Origin: Lama guanicoe
Lineage: Eukaryota
Assembly: GCA_013239625.1 (NCBI GenBank)
Contig: MU054220.1
Span: 1,603,509 to 1,667,508 of the forward strand
Direction of reading: 5' to 3'
Length of the DNA: 64,000 bases
The translations under genes and the position numbers were made by a program. Position 1 is the stretch's first letter. Every line of letters begins with the position of its first letter. Positions 9,890 to 22,346 of the stretch are shown here, one piece after another. The notes beneath the pieces were generated by a model. It was not told where the DNA came from and did no database searches. It saw only the letters and a program-made list of their open reading frames with translations.

Positions 9890-11235
9890 GAAATAATTCA
9901 TCCAGTCCATTGGGTCATCAATGTATAAAAGCCTTAGATAAGGATATGACATGAACTTCACCATGGAGGGATCAGGCTGAGGCCACAAATCTCCGTATTT
10001 CTGAAAGCAGGACAACCCAACATCACAGACTCCCAAATGTGATGCAGTGTAATGCTCACAGCACCAACCTCAAAAAATCAAACCTGAATTTAACCAGGTC
10101 TGAAGAGCTAACTTTCATTTATAGGAGATACAGGCAATAGAGGGGTAAGTTAAATGTCATCATGGTGGAGCAACAGACAAATCCAGAATGTGGGAGGTTC
10201 TACTGAGGCGGGAAGCCCCATAAAAAGACCGGCAGGAGCCCTAGGCAGGTCCGCTGGTCTCCTCCCAGCACCGTCCGGTTCCCTGGCCCAGAGGCTCTCT
10301 CTCACTTTCTGCCTCTAAAGCGGCTAACTTACACCTAAAATTCTATTGGTTCCCTGAGCTCATTTCTGATTGGTTATTTCCTTCACTCCTGATTGGTTAT
10401 TATTCTCATTTCTGATTGGTCCACTTCCCTAACTTCTGATTGGTCCACTTGTAGTACTCCATTTGCATGGAGCTCACTCCTGATTGGTTATTTCTCTCAC
10501 TCCTGATTGGTCTATTTCTACAAAGTTTGTTCCTGGTTAGTCAACTTCTGTTGTACTTTATTTGCACATGATGTTGCAAAGTGTAAAACTGGCAGCCTAT
10601 AAAAGGCCTATGTAAACCTCCAAACGAGGTCCAGAGTTTGAAGTGCTAACTCCTCTCGGCCTGTTGGCTGGCTTAATAAACCTGAGTTCTCCAACTCTGA
10701 GAGTGCTGCTTGGTGTTTCGCCCAGATCTGGGTTGCTGTCACAACTGAGCTGTAACACCGGGCTGTAACACGTTTTTCCGCAGCATTTCAGGAATAACTG
10801 ACTCAGTTTCTGCAACAAGTCAAAAACATGAAAAAAAAAAAAAAAAGAACGAGAGAGTAGCTGCCTCAGGTTAGGAATCCTAGAGACAAGACAAACAGAA
10901 GTAAACATGTGAACCGTTTGGATCCTGATTCAAATGAACCAGCTTTGAAAAGTGATGTTTTGAAATAACTGGAGACGTTTGATTATGGACTGAGATAATA
11001 CCAAAGAATTATTGTTAATTTTGTTAATGTGGTTGTGGCTTGTTGCTATGTGAGAAATGTCTAAATTTACTTACTACATGCTTACAGAAGTATGTAGAAA
11101 TAAATGACATACATGGGATTTGCATCAAAATACTGTACAAAGAAATAAAAGCCAGATTAGACAAATATGGCAAAAAATTAATCATTGTTGAATCGGAGTG
11201 ATGTTCTATGAGAGTTCATTATGCTCTCCTGCCTC
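9890..11235 (+). mobile_element. Ancient L1ME/L1MC-type 3' end hosting the LTR
   Basis: acaaatccagaatgtgggaggttc continues after the LTR as aggaataactgactcagtttctgcaacaag...ggatcctgattcaaa...ccaaagaattattgttaatttt. Confidence 0.65.
10201..10785 (+). mobile_element. Solo ERV1-class LTR with CCAAT array
   Basis: Seven ATTGG boxes (10345-10510), octamer ATTTGCAT at 10461, TATAAAA at 10598, AATAAA at 10675, tandem GCTGTAACAC in U5, and a ...CAGCA end. It splits an older L1. Left boundary uncertain (10201 or 10204) and TSD imperfect. Confidence 0.85.
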
Positions 11236-11729
11236 CTTTTAAAAAATATTTTCAAAATGGAAGTTAAAAGCAGTATGGTTTTTACCACACAAATGTGTGA
11301 TTAATAAAAATGATAAATACAGCAAATAATCTTTAATGACTTTTCCATTAAAGATTCAACCACATTGTTGTGTGCAGGTATTGCTCATTAATTTTTACTG
11401 CTCTCTAATAATCCATTATATGATTATACCATCATTTATGTACCCATTCTCCTGTGATGGAAATTTAGGTTAATTTCTGTTTTCATCAATTAAGACTGTA
11501 TTAGTAAGTGGTTTCACCTTTTATATAGTCAAATTTATTGTTATTCTCTCCACCCTGGCTTTCCTTTTTAGTTTCTGCTTAAAATAGTAACACATTCTTG
11601 TAATAAAAATGCAAGCACTTCAAAACTGTATAGTGTAAAAAGTGAATGTCTCCTGTAATCTCACCTCCAAGAAAACCACTATTAGAATTAGATGCATATT
11701 CCCCCAGGGATTTTTTTGTTTCTTTTTAG

Positions 11730-12150
11730 AAACTGTCCACCAAAATTCTTTAGCCACTTCTTTTACAATATCTGAGCAGCCATATATTCAATGCCCCTTG
11801 GAATGAGGTGGTACACGACTCAGTTATCTCCAATGGAATGGGAGCCAAAGTGATGTATGCAAGCATGAGGACCAGTGGGCCTGGTCCATAAATTCTCCAA
11901 TCTCTTCTATACCCTTTTTCTCTTCTTGTGGGATGGAATGGTGATGATGTTTTATGTTGGCTGGAATCATTTCAGCAGGAACAAATTATAGATGGCAGAG
12001 AGTTCCCATTAATCTGTGTCACAAAAAATTATTTAGAGTAGTAACTGGGAACATCTACCCTAATCTGTTAAGGGAGAGAGAAATTAAATTCTGTTTTGTT
12101 TCAGCTATTTATTTTAGGCTTAATTGTTACAGCAGCTTAACCTATCATAA
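11730..12150 (+). mobile_element. MLT1-like MaLR LTR relic
   Basis: Terminal motif ttgttacagcagcttaacctatc resembles MLT1 3' ends. Confidence 0.55.
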
Positions 12151-12189
12151 CAAGTGTGTATTAATCAGTTGCAATGTGAAGTCCAACTC

Positions 12190-12640
12190 TTTTTTTTTTG
12201 TTATAGCAATCTATAAATACTATAAAATATGCCATTTTAACCATTTCTAAGTGTAGAGTTCATTGGCATTAAGTACATTCACATTGTTGCACAACCATCA
12301 TCACCATCCATCTCTAGAACTTTTTACATCTTGCAAAACTGAAATTCTGTACCAATTAAACAGTAAATCCCCATTGCCCTCTCCCCTCAGCTCCTGGAAA
12401 CTACCATTCTACTTTCTGTTTCTATGAATTTGACACTATATATCTCATATTAGTGGAATTATATAATATTTCTCTTTTTGTGACTGGCTTATTTCACTTA
12501 GCACATAATGTCCTAAAAGTTCATCCATGTTGCAGTGTATGTCAGAATTCCCTTCCTTTTTAATGCTGAATAGTATTCCATTATAAGAATATATCACATT
12601 TTGTTTGTCCATTCATCCATCGATTGACACTTGGGTTGTG
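12190..12640 (-). mobile_element. L1M 3'UTR fragment
   Basis: ggcattaagtacattcacattgttgcacaaccatcatcaccatccatctctagaac...gttcatccatgttgcag. Confidence 0.8.
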
Positions 12641-13319
12641 ATACCCAACTCTTAACGAGCTTGGGCGAAAAGCATGATTTATTGACTTGTATAACAAACC
12701 TCAGAAAGGGCAACTGGATGTCAAAGATAAAGGAGATATCATTAAAAAAAAAAAAAGGGCAAGTGGACAAATGGCATCAGACACCAGGGAAACCACGGAC
12801 TCAAATGCTACCAGGATTTTTTGTCTCTCACCATTTTTTCCCAGGCCCACATATCCGCATATCTGCCTCCTATGTCCTACGAGGAACCACCTCTCTTCCT
12901 TAGTTGTTAAAAACAGAAGAATTAAATATATATATATAAAATATATGTACACACACAAGCCTTTTTTTCTAATAGCTTTTGATATGCCAATATTTAATTA
13001 TAACATCATTTCTTTAATTGTTTCCCTATTGGTGGATAGGGAACTCAACTGAGTTAACTTTTTTTTTTCCTAACCAGTAACAAATAGAATTAGTTCCATG
13101 AGGGCAGAGACTCTATCTTATTCATACCTGTAACCTTATATGTCCAGCCCAGTGTCTGACATACTTGGCATTCAATCAATTCTAGTAGGCTGAATCAAAG
13201 AATGCTGCAGAAAATGCCCTTGGATGTGCTTTACCCACTTGTGCTTCTGAAGGAAACATTTCTAGAAACACAATATCTACATTAAAGGATATGAGCATCT
13301 TTTAAAGAGGGTCATGGGG

Positions 13320-14740
13320 AGTTTTTCACAGCTTTGTTGAGTATAACTGATATTCACTAAACTACATGAATTTAAAGTATACACTTTGACATGTGTATAC
13401 ACTTATCAAATCATGACCACTATGAAAACAATGGAACATTGGAACAATGGAACACCCTAAAATTTTCTCATGTCCCTTCCTTCCACATCTTTTATTCCCT
13501 TGCCTCATTCCCTGGCAACTACTGATCCATCATAGATTAATTAACATGTTCTAGAACTTTATATAAATAGATGTGAGACTTTATATTCTAATTTTAATGA
13601 CTACTGTTAAATTTTCCTCTCATATGGCTATATCTGTATACACTGAATGCCTGTTTCTCACAAATTTATCAACTTTTTAAATTTAATTAATTTATTTCTG
13701 ACAGTAAAAAGAAGTCCACATTGTTTTAATTAGAGTGTCTTTAATTATTTGTGAGTTAAGTTTGAACATCTTATGTTTATTGGCCATTTGTATTCTTCAG
13801 ATGAACTCCGTTAATTTCTTTTGCCCATTTATCTGGTGGGTTGTTTGTTGTTATTCTCTCTGGCCATAGAACAGCACAAATTTTAAGTGTATGGCTTGAT
13901 AAATTTTACATATCTAGACACCCATATGACCTCCGCCCAGAATAAGATATAAAACATTTCAGTACTCTAGAAAGCTCCCTCGTGCTCCCTGCAGTCAATA
14001 GTCAGTGCCGTCTCCCTAGCAGAGGCAACCTCTATTCTGACTTTCGTTATTATTTTTGCCTGTTCTCAAACTTCAGTTGAATAGACTTATACAGTATATA
14101 CTCTTTTTTAATGACTTGTTTTGCTCAACATTATGTCTGTGCAATTCATCCAAATTATTATATACAGTTGCAGTTTGTTCCTTTTCACTGCTATGTAAGT
14201 AGTCACTTATAAGTATATTCCATAATTTATTTACCTATCATTTCCAGTTTGGGCTATTATTAATGGAAGTACTACAGACTTTTTTTTTTTTGGTGGAAAT
14301 AAATATTCACTTGCGTTGGGAATAGAATAGCTGCATCACAGGGTGTAAGTCGATTTACCTCTTTGACTTTAGTAAATAAAGTCAAACAGATCCCTAAAGT
14401 GGTTGGATCATTTTCATTCCTATCAACAATATATGAGAGTTCAAAAAAGAGGGATTCACTGCAAATCTCAGTAGGGAAAAGATGGTCTTTTCAAATGGTG
14501 CTGAATCAACTGGATATCCACATGAAAGAAAAAGAAAAGAATAGAAACTTGACCCGTATCTCACCCCATACACAAAAATTAGAGATGGATCATAGATCTA
14601 AATGTGAAAGATTAAAACAATAAAGGAAAAAATTTTCATGACCTGGGTAAACAAAGATTTCTCAGATAGAACACAGAGATCACCAACCATTAAAATCAAA
14701 AGGAGTGATAATACCAAGTGGTGGTAAAGATGCACTGTTA
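13320..14740. mobile_element. Mosaic of old L1 fragments (3'UTR antisense, ORF2 relic sense at ~14445-14740)
   Basis: ttgagtataactgatattcactaaactac; ttttaagtgtatggcttgataaattttac; ggtcttttcaaatggtgctgaatcaactggatatccacatg...atggatcatagatctaaatgtg. Confidence 0.65.
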
Positions 14741-15042
14741 ATATTCTAATAAATCTTTTTGAGTTTTGTCCCTCTCAATAAATGCTGTCTAACAAAAGTG
14801 GGATCATATTGTACCTATTAATTTGTTACCTGCTTTATTCACTAAGCATGTATCATGAACATTTTCCCACAATTAAATATTTTTCTGCATCATTATTTGA
14901 AAATATGTATGATATTCTAGGCTACGGATATATCATACTGCATCAATCTTACCAAATTTTATGCTATTTCAACAATGTTATGATTCATAATACATCAGTA
15001 CATCTCTGTGCTTATCCTGATTATTTCCTTAAGAAAAGCTCC

Positions 15043-15112
15043 TGGGGGAAGGAAATAGTGCGTGAGGTCCTGGCTTCCATCCCCAGTACCTTCACCGAAG
15101 GGGAAAAAAAAA
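15043..15112 (+). mobile_element. Internally deleted vic-1-like SINE
   Basis: gaggtcctggcttccatccccagtacc followed by an A tail, with aaaagctcct on both flanks. Confidence 0.7.
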
Positions 15113-15548
15113 AAAAGCTCCTAGAAACGTATGTAAATTCTCAGATTCCTCCAGACAGATTATCTGAATTTTATTTCCACCGGCACTTGGAGGAAGCTTG
15201 TTTCCTTGCATCCTTATTAAGACTAAAAAACAAAAACAAAAACGAAAAACCTTAATTTAGAAGGCAAAAAAATGAAACAGGGAGCTTTTCATACTTGTCT
15301 GCATCTCACATCAGCTCTTTTGTATTTGGACTTAGTGTTTTGTCCATGCTGGGGAGCCCTTCGAAGTTAGAAGAATCTATGTTCATCATGTAATTGTTCC
15401 TCCACTCCATTTTGGAGAAATGGACTGTGGCCTTCCTCGGTAGCTAGTTGCAAGAGTGACAGCAGTGCTCTGCAAGAAGTGACCCTATGTTAAGAGGAAG
15501 ATAAAATAGGGAAAGTTTCTGGTTGCCTTTCAAGAAATATCTGTTGAG

Positions 15549-15710
15549 GGGGGATAGTATAGCTCAGTGGTAGAGTGCATGCATGTCTAGCGTGCATGAG
15601 GTTCTGGGTTCAATCCCCCGTACCTCCATTAAACAAATGAATCAATAAATAATCTTAAAGTGAGGTTGAGACTGGTAAAAGGTACTTAATAAAAATATTT
15701 AAAAAGAATG
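15549..15710 (+). mobile_element. vic-1-like SINE with atypical tail
   Basis: tagctcagtggtagagtgcatg...ctgggttcaatccccc. TSD core TATCTGTTGAG at 15538-15548 and 15711-15721. Confidence 0.88.
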
Positions 15711-15894
15711 TATCTGTTGAGTTAGACACTGTGAAAAGCACTGGAGAAACAAGAGGATAGCAAGGCAGGTGTGGTCTCCCCTCTCATATAGCTCATGGCA
15801 GGTTGCAGAAAGCTTCTGAAGGCTAAACAATTCATCCTCTTATTTCATACCCAGTACCTAGATATGCCTATTCATGAATTGAACAATATTTATT

Positions 15895-16625
15895 GATGGG
15901 TGAGAGGGATTGGATGAAGGTGGTCAAAAGGAACAAACTTCAGCCATAAGATAAATTAGTACTGGGACTACTCAGCCATAAAAACCGACAACATAATGCC
16001 ATTTGCAGCAACATGGATGCTCCTAGAGAATGTCATTCTAAGTGAAGTAAGCCAGAAAGAGAAAGAAAAATACCATATGAGATCGCTCATATGTGGAATC
16101 TAAAAAACAAAAACAAAAACAAACAAACAAACAAAAACAAAGCATAAATACAGGGCAGAAATAGACTCATGGACAGAGAATACAGACTTGTGGTTACCAG
16201 GGGGGTAGAGGGTGGGAAGGGATAGACTGGGATTTCAAAATTGTAGAATAGATAAACAAGATTACACTGTATAGCACAGGGAAATATACACAAAATGTTA
16301 TGATAAATCACAGAGAAAACAATGTGAAAATGAGTGTGTATATGTCCATGAATGACTGAAAAATTGTGCTGAACACTGGAATTTGACACAACATTGTAAA
16401 ATGATTATAAATCAATAAAAATGTTAAAAAAAGATAAATTAGTACTGGGGATGTAATGTACAATATGATGGCTCTAACATGCTGTATGGTATATTTGAAA
16501 GTCATTAAGAGTAGATCTTGAGTTCTTATCACAAGGTAAAAACTTTTTTTCCTTTTTTTGTATCTATATGAGATGATGGATTTTAATTAAACTTATTGTG
16601 GTAATCATTTCACAACACATGTTAA
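15895..16625 (+). mobile_element. Older L1MA-type 3'UTR (host of the young L1)
   Basis: ggatgaaggtggtcaaaaggaacaaactt...agtactggggatgtaatgtacaatatgatg...gagtagatcttgagttcttatcac...ttattgtggtaatcatttcac. Confidence 0.8.
15967..16430 (+). mobile_element. Young 5'-truncated L1 with 19-bp TSD
   Basis: Intact ORF2 end YSAIKTDNIMPFAATWMLLENVILSEVSQKEKEKYHMRSLICGI* (15969-16103), then 3'UTR, AATAAA and A tail. TSD AAGATAAATTAGTACTGGG at 15948-15966 and 16431-16449. Confidence 0.93.
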
Positions 16626-16669
16626 GTCAAATAAAAAAACCCCAGCGTCTACTGAGTTTCTACATGGTG

Positions 16670-16935
16670 TTACTCTAGGCTCTGAGGATATAAAACGGAC
16701 AATATCCCTATCCCCATAGAGTTTACCTTCTGGTGTGGGAAGACTACAAATGAGAAAAGTAAAATCAGATGATAGGTGCTTTGCATAAAAGCAAAGAAGG
16801 AAGAGGGGACTGGAAACATGGGTGTATGTGTGTGTAATTTTAAATAGAGTGGTCAGGGAAGGCCCAATTGAGAAGGTGACACTTAAGTCAAGACACGAAG
16901 GAGGTGAGGAAGTGAACCACAGGGATATCTGGATG
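16670..16935. mobile_element. L2 fragment
   Basis: ttttaaatagagtggtcagggaaggcc...gagaaggtgacacttaagtcaagacacgaaggaggtgaggaagtgaacc. Confidence 0.7.
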
Positions 16936-18089
16936 ATCCTATGGCACACAGAAGAATGGGACAGATTCTCTGCTTAAAAGATTTTACAGTCTATGGCAGC
17001 TGGGAGACTAATATAAAATTACTTGTGGTAATGTATGTGACAATATCGTGTAAACTATAATGGTCTATAAATATGTTTTCAGTAAATTACACATAAAACT
17101 ATAAACAAGAACAAGATCATATATCAGCATTATAAATGTATATAAAATGATAAACTACACATTACAATTAAGGAATATGATTATGTACAATTTAGGGGCT
17201 AATTGTTCCAATCTATATGGAACCAGAAACACTGTTGTTAGGTTCCCCAGCTCCCCTCAAGGGGAAAAAGTGCTTCCAACACATGGGAAAACCCTTGAGG
17301 CTTCTGCCTGGGAGTCCACTTATTTTTTGTGGTAAGGTAGGGTATAATCAGTATTTGTGGGTATAAGAATTATTCGCTCTGGGAAGTCAGATGTTACAGA
17401 GAAATCATTTGCAAACCCATGAGTTATTTGCATGTTGCTGGGGCCAAAATGTACAAGAACTAAGTTTTCTTTCTCTGCCTGCATTTCATTGTCCCACATG
17501 GGGTAGAATAAATGACGGCCTTTGAAACAAACAAACAAACAATTGTACTGTTTGCATTTTACCTGAATCCTGAGATTCCTGGGGAGGAGGTCTTCAGGGA
17601 CCTAACCTGAGTTATTGAATTTTTTTTTTTTCTGGGAGAAGCAGTTTAGGGCTGGAAAATCAGTCTCTTATGAGCCTTCTGAGCTTCTTGGCGCTGCAAG
17701 GATTTTTATAAGGTCGTACATTCACACAGCCGATCATTCTGCTAGAAAGCATTCCCCTAACTGTGAAAGCTTGCAGTACGCTCACATTCCACATTTCAGC
17801 TGAGAAGGAAGGCCTGGATCCTGTTGTTTGTCTGCTGGGGTAGAAAGGAGAAGTGTCATGTGTCCAGCGCTGGCCAAAGACCCATCCCATTCATTCATTC
17901 ATTCATCAAATATTTTATTTAGCGCATATTCAGGGCCAAGTGAAGTCCTTGCCTACCAGTTCACCCAGAACTCCTGCGGGTGTGGGACACAGAGTCGAGA
18001 ACTTCAGGTTCTCAGTCCGGGGTCTTCCCACCCTTCTCTCCAGCAGAGCTCCGAGACAAAGAGATGTGCCCCTGCAGCTCCTTGAGCTG

Positions 18090-19080
18090 AGGGTTCCGCC
18101 CTAGGCTCTGGGGATTCCGGCGCGCCTGCTTCTCCACTCCCCAGCCCGAGGGGGCGCTGCAGCGCCGGGCGCTCGGCCCGCCCTTGCGCGGCGCACCGCT
18201 CGGATCGGCGCTGCGGCCGGCACCACGGTGGTACGTTCCCCTCGCTGCCCTCCCCCTCCTTCTCGGCCCTCCCCGCCGGTGGTAGGTGCCGGAAGTGCCG
18301 CCATTTTGGGGTGTTCTGCTCTGGCGGCAGCAGCAGCGGCGGCGGGACGCGGAGGCTCCCCCGGGACTCGGCCTCAGCAGCGAGGCGGCGGCGGCGGCTG
18401 CGAAGGCGCAGGCAGCAGCTGAGGCAGCGGCGGGCTCAGGTGCAGCCGCTGGTAAGTGCGGCGGCCGCGGGATAACGGGCCGCGGGTGGGAGGGAGGGAG
18501 CGAGCGAGGGAGGGAAAGGGGCAAGAGGGTGGCGCCGCGGGGCGGGACTGGCCCGGGCGGCCGCGGGTCACAGGGCCCTCCGGGCGCGGCCGCTCCGCGT
18601 TCCCCGCTCCCTGGAGGCAGGTCTGCGATTTCCTCCCGTGTGTCGGGGTCCTCCGCTCCCCGGGTCTCTTCGCGCTTGCCCGGCGCGTGCCCCCGGGCCC
18701 AGGGAGACCCGCCCTCCTCGTGGCCTTGTCCCCTGTCTCCGCTCCCTTTGCCTTCACCCTCGGGGTCCCAAGGGCTCCGTTCTCGGCCCAGGGTAGCTCC
18801 ATCCTCCTTTTTCCGGCTGGCTTGCCAGACCCAGGCTGCCAGCCCGGGACATCCCTTCTCTGCTCCTGTCGCCCCACGTGTTCTTGGTCGTTACCGGTGG
18901 GGGGTCCTCAGGACCCCCGCCTCTGGAGAACAGCGCTTCTCCTCAGGAGCCTCGAGAGCCCCCCGTTCCTCGCCCCAGATCCGCTAGGGCCTTGGCTCGC
19001 CCTCCCCCCACGTCAGGTGCTCACCCAGTCGTGGCCTAGTAGCTGGGCACGAATCTCGCACCCGGGAGCACGGTGAGGAG
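18090..19080 (+). promoter_or_regulatory. CELF1: CpG island / CELF1 major promoter with ETS-YY1 composite site
   Basis: CpG-dense region. CCGGAAGT (18289-18296) directly abuts GCCGCCATTTT (18297-18307), with GC boxes nearby. Confidence 0.88.
18300..18451 (+). other. CELF1: CELF1 non-coding exon 1 (start approximate)
   Basis: GGC/CAG-rich leader with no ATG, ending at consensus donor CTG|GTAAGT (18452). Confidence 0.85.
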
Positions 19081-20029
19081 CTTTCTTCGCTATCTGGTTT
19101 TGGATTTAAAGCCTCTACTGTGTTGGTTGTGGTCCTCGGGGCAGAATGTTGTTTTAATTCTCTAAGACTGTTGCATGGGCTTTAAGCAGCTTCTCCTTGG
19201 TTTAGGCTCATCCTCGTAGTTGAGGGGAAGGGTGGTGAGATTTTGATCGGAGCCTGTTTTAGCAAAATGGACTCTTCCTCGCCAGCAAAGTTAATGCTGT
19301 GCTCTTATTATCCTAGCGTAAAAAGCTGTGTAAAAACCGTTTTAGAAAGCTGTATGATGTCTGTAGTGTAAGGGGTTACAGATACCTGATAAATCCTTTA
19401 CAGGAACTTCACCCTTTAAAGTTTTTTTCGCTTTCTTTGATTTTCTGTGGATTGGAAAGGCTTTAATTGCTTTCTTTCACCTTTTCCACTGGTGTTGGGT
19501 CGGCTCTTTTCCAAAAGTGTGGCATCTCAGAGTGGAATGCAAGTTTCAGTTTCTCCTTAAATTCTTGTTGTGGAAGAGTCGTCCCTGAGAATCACTGAGG
19601 GTTCTTTCTGTTGGAACATTACTGAGTGCACTTGGAAAATCATCGAATTACTAGGCATAAATTATTGCTACAGATCTCTCCCTTACCCCCATGCCAGTTT
19701 TTGTATTTTTCTAGCTTTACTCGCAGTGTGCGGCTTTTGATCATGAATTAGCCAAGACTGAAGTATTGCTGTTAGTAAAGCAAACTCAGAGCTTTTCAGC
19801 TGTTGCTTTAACCAGGAAGTTTGTGGCTTCCCCAGTGGTTCTTTCCTCTTGACTGTCCACCACCTGTTTCCATTAAGAATGGCCTTTGGCCGAGAGTTTA
19901 AGACGCAGCTTCTTTCCAACCATTCATTCTTGCCCACAGGGTTTTCTTCTCCTCAGATGGTATCTAGACTTAAAATCCATAAGCTGGCGGGGTTGTTAGA
20001 AAAAGAATATCTTTTCCAACACCTTCACT

Positions 20030-20375
20030 TTTCAGATGAGGATACTGAGGCTTCCAGAAGTTAAGCCACTTACTTGCCCAAGATTGTATAGCAAGTGATC
20101 TTAGAACAGTCCCAGCACAGATTTTTTAAGCAAACAATATGTCATGAGCAATAATGCAAATTGCCCTTTAAGAAGTGACGGAATGGAAAGGGCCGCAGGC
20201 TTGAAGTTGGAAAGTCTAGATTGTAATCCTTGCTCTGTTACTAGCTGTGCAGCTTTAACCAAGTCACTGTTCTGAGCATCAGTTTATTCTTTCCTGCAGA
20301 ATGGAGGCAATGGTGTCTGTTTCACATGGTGTTAATCCAGCTTCAGTGCAGTAATGTGTAAAAGTGCCTGTGGTA
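20030..20375. mobile_element. Two MIR fragments in opposite orientation
   Basis: cagatgaggatactgaggc...ttgcccaag; and aatccttgctctgttactagctgtg...aagtcact...catcagttt. Confidence 0.65.
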
Positions 20376-21119
20376 TAAGAGACAGTGAAATTTTGAGCCA
20401 GAATGAATTATTTTTCTAAAGATTTACAGTTACTTTTCTTACTACGGAAATTAACAGATTCATTATAAAAAACACAGACAAACCAAAACATTTCTCACCT
20501 GTACGCTCACCTATCAAAGGTGATTAATATTTGGTCTTTATCTTATCATCCTTTCTATATACTATAGAAATGTTTATTATTTTACTAAAATAGGCTTATG
20601 CTAGTTAGAATTTATGATGTGATTTTAAGATTTGATAATAAGTAATAAGCACATTTTAACTGATGCTCTGTGTTTAACAGCTCTAGCACATGTGAGGTAG
20701 GCCAGTGGATATCCCAGCACAGGAGCAGAGAAGTCTTACTTTTCAACATGCTGGGCTGCAAGAAGAAGAGGAAAGGAATGGCAGAGACCTAACATTTATT
20801 GTACATCTATTGTGTGATTTTTTTTTTTTTAAGGGAAGGTTTGGGCTCTGCTGCTAAACATAGTGTGAGTCCTGAATTCCATGCCCCTTCCTGTGACTGC
20901 TACTGCAGCTTCTTTAACTTAATTTTCCTGTGAGGCCAGACCTAATAAGGAAGTGGGAGGTTATAAGGTGGTGGTGGTGTGCTTTGGAAAGGAAAGAGAA
21001 GAGCTGTCACCTGGAGGCTGGGGTAAAGAAACTGAAGTAGGAGCACAGGCTCCTCTGCTCAGGGCTTTTGGTACTTCAACAAATTGCTCTGTTTCCTCTG
21101 CCCTTTTTTTTTTTTTTAA

Positions 21120-21615
21120 AAAACAGCTTTATTGAGATACAATTCATGTACCATACAATTCAATAGTTTGGGTATATTATTAATTTTTTTAAATTGTGGT
21201 AAAATATAACAGTCTCTCATTTTAACCATTTTTTATGCATTAAAAAAACACATAACCTAAATTTTATCATCTTAATTATTTTTGAGTGTCCATTTTTAAG
21301 AGTACAATTCAGTGGTATTAAGTATATTCACAGTGTTTTGCAGTCATCACCATTGTCTACTTCCGAGATGTTTTCTTCACCTAAAACAGAAACTCTAACC
21401 AGTAGGTAATAACTATCCATTCCCCTCTCTTCCTAGCCCCTCTTAACCTCTAGTCTACTGTCTTTGTGATTTTGCCTGTTCTGCATATTTCATGTAACTG
21501 GGATCATACAATATTTGTCCTTTTGTATCTGACTTATTTCACTTAGCACAGTGTTTTCAGCGTTCATCCATGTTGTAGCATGTGTCAGCACTTCATTCCT
21601 TTTTGTGGCAGAATT
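21120..21615 (-). mobile_element. L1M 3' fragments
   Basis: ctttattgagatacaattcatgtaccatacaattc...gttcatccatgttgtagcatgtgtcag. ORF 21490..21681 contains NEVLTHATTWMNAENTVLSEISQIQKDKYCM, an L1 ORF2 C-terminal relic. Confidence 0.82.
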
Positions 21616-22204
21616 CCTCTGCATACCGAGGTCAGGAATGTCTCTTTCATCTTGGTATCTTGCCTTCTTTTGGAGCTCCATAAAGGCTTTTGAATTAGTT
21701 AGATTTCATGCTCTTCATGTGGATTGCCAAATACAGAGGGGTGTCCGCTGACATTCTCAAATCTCTTGAAAAATTCCAACATGTCAGTGTGCTTTAAAAA
21801 ATATGTAACAGTAAACCAAGTTACGGTTAACAGCATCATATCTAATTTCTGATCTAATCACAATTTTCAGTCTTTGAACATGCAGCATTTTCAAAATACG
21901 GATTATGTGCAGAAAAAGTGTCACATGTTTCTGCCTTTGCAGAACTATAAATATGAGTGGTTTTTGTTAGAGGGGTGGACTGATAATCCAGGTATTCCAT
22001 ATTGTATAAAGTTTATAAACCTGGCATTTAATGGCCTGCTTAGAATTAATAACGAATACTTTGAGGATAAGAGCGTTTTGAAGGTTATAGGCCTCCCAGT
22101 TTGTTTCACTGTGAACAGAGATATTCAGAGTATTCTCATGCATGAAAGGCTTCCTTTTTAAGGTGAACTTTTTCTTATTTTTTCGAGGGTCATAACTGAT
22201 CTTT

Positions 22205-22346
22205 TTTTTTATTTGAATTTTGGAACTCTTTTTGGGGGGGAATTAGGTTTATTTATTTATTTATTAAGTGGAGGTACTGGGGATTGAAACCAGGACTTCA
22301 TGCTTGCTAAGCATGCGTTCTACCACTGAGCTATATACCCTCTCTC
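22205..22346 (-). mobile_element. vic-1-like SINE
   Basis: gaggtactggggattgaaaccaggac...taccactgagctata. Imperfect TSD cataact(g/a)at. Confidence 0.88.

Noticed and set aside
10345..10510. Regularly spaced CTGATTGG repeats resembling a CRISPR-like array
   Set aside because: Eukaryotic context; the repeats are short CCAAT boxes with related spacers inside an LTR U3, and there are no cas genes.
14782..15255. 157-aa ATG ORF in the intergenic spacer
   Set aside because: AT-rich, runs through decayed repeat and SINE sequence, with no recognisable homology or splice support.
18012..19076. Several 160-233 aa overlapping ORFs in the CELF1 CpG island
   Set aside because: Low-complexity Arg/Gly/Pro/Ala frames expected from stop-poor GC-rich DNA. 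They cross the exon 1 donor and show no recognisable domain.
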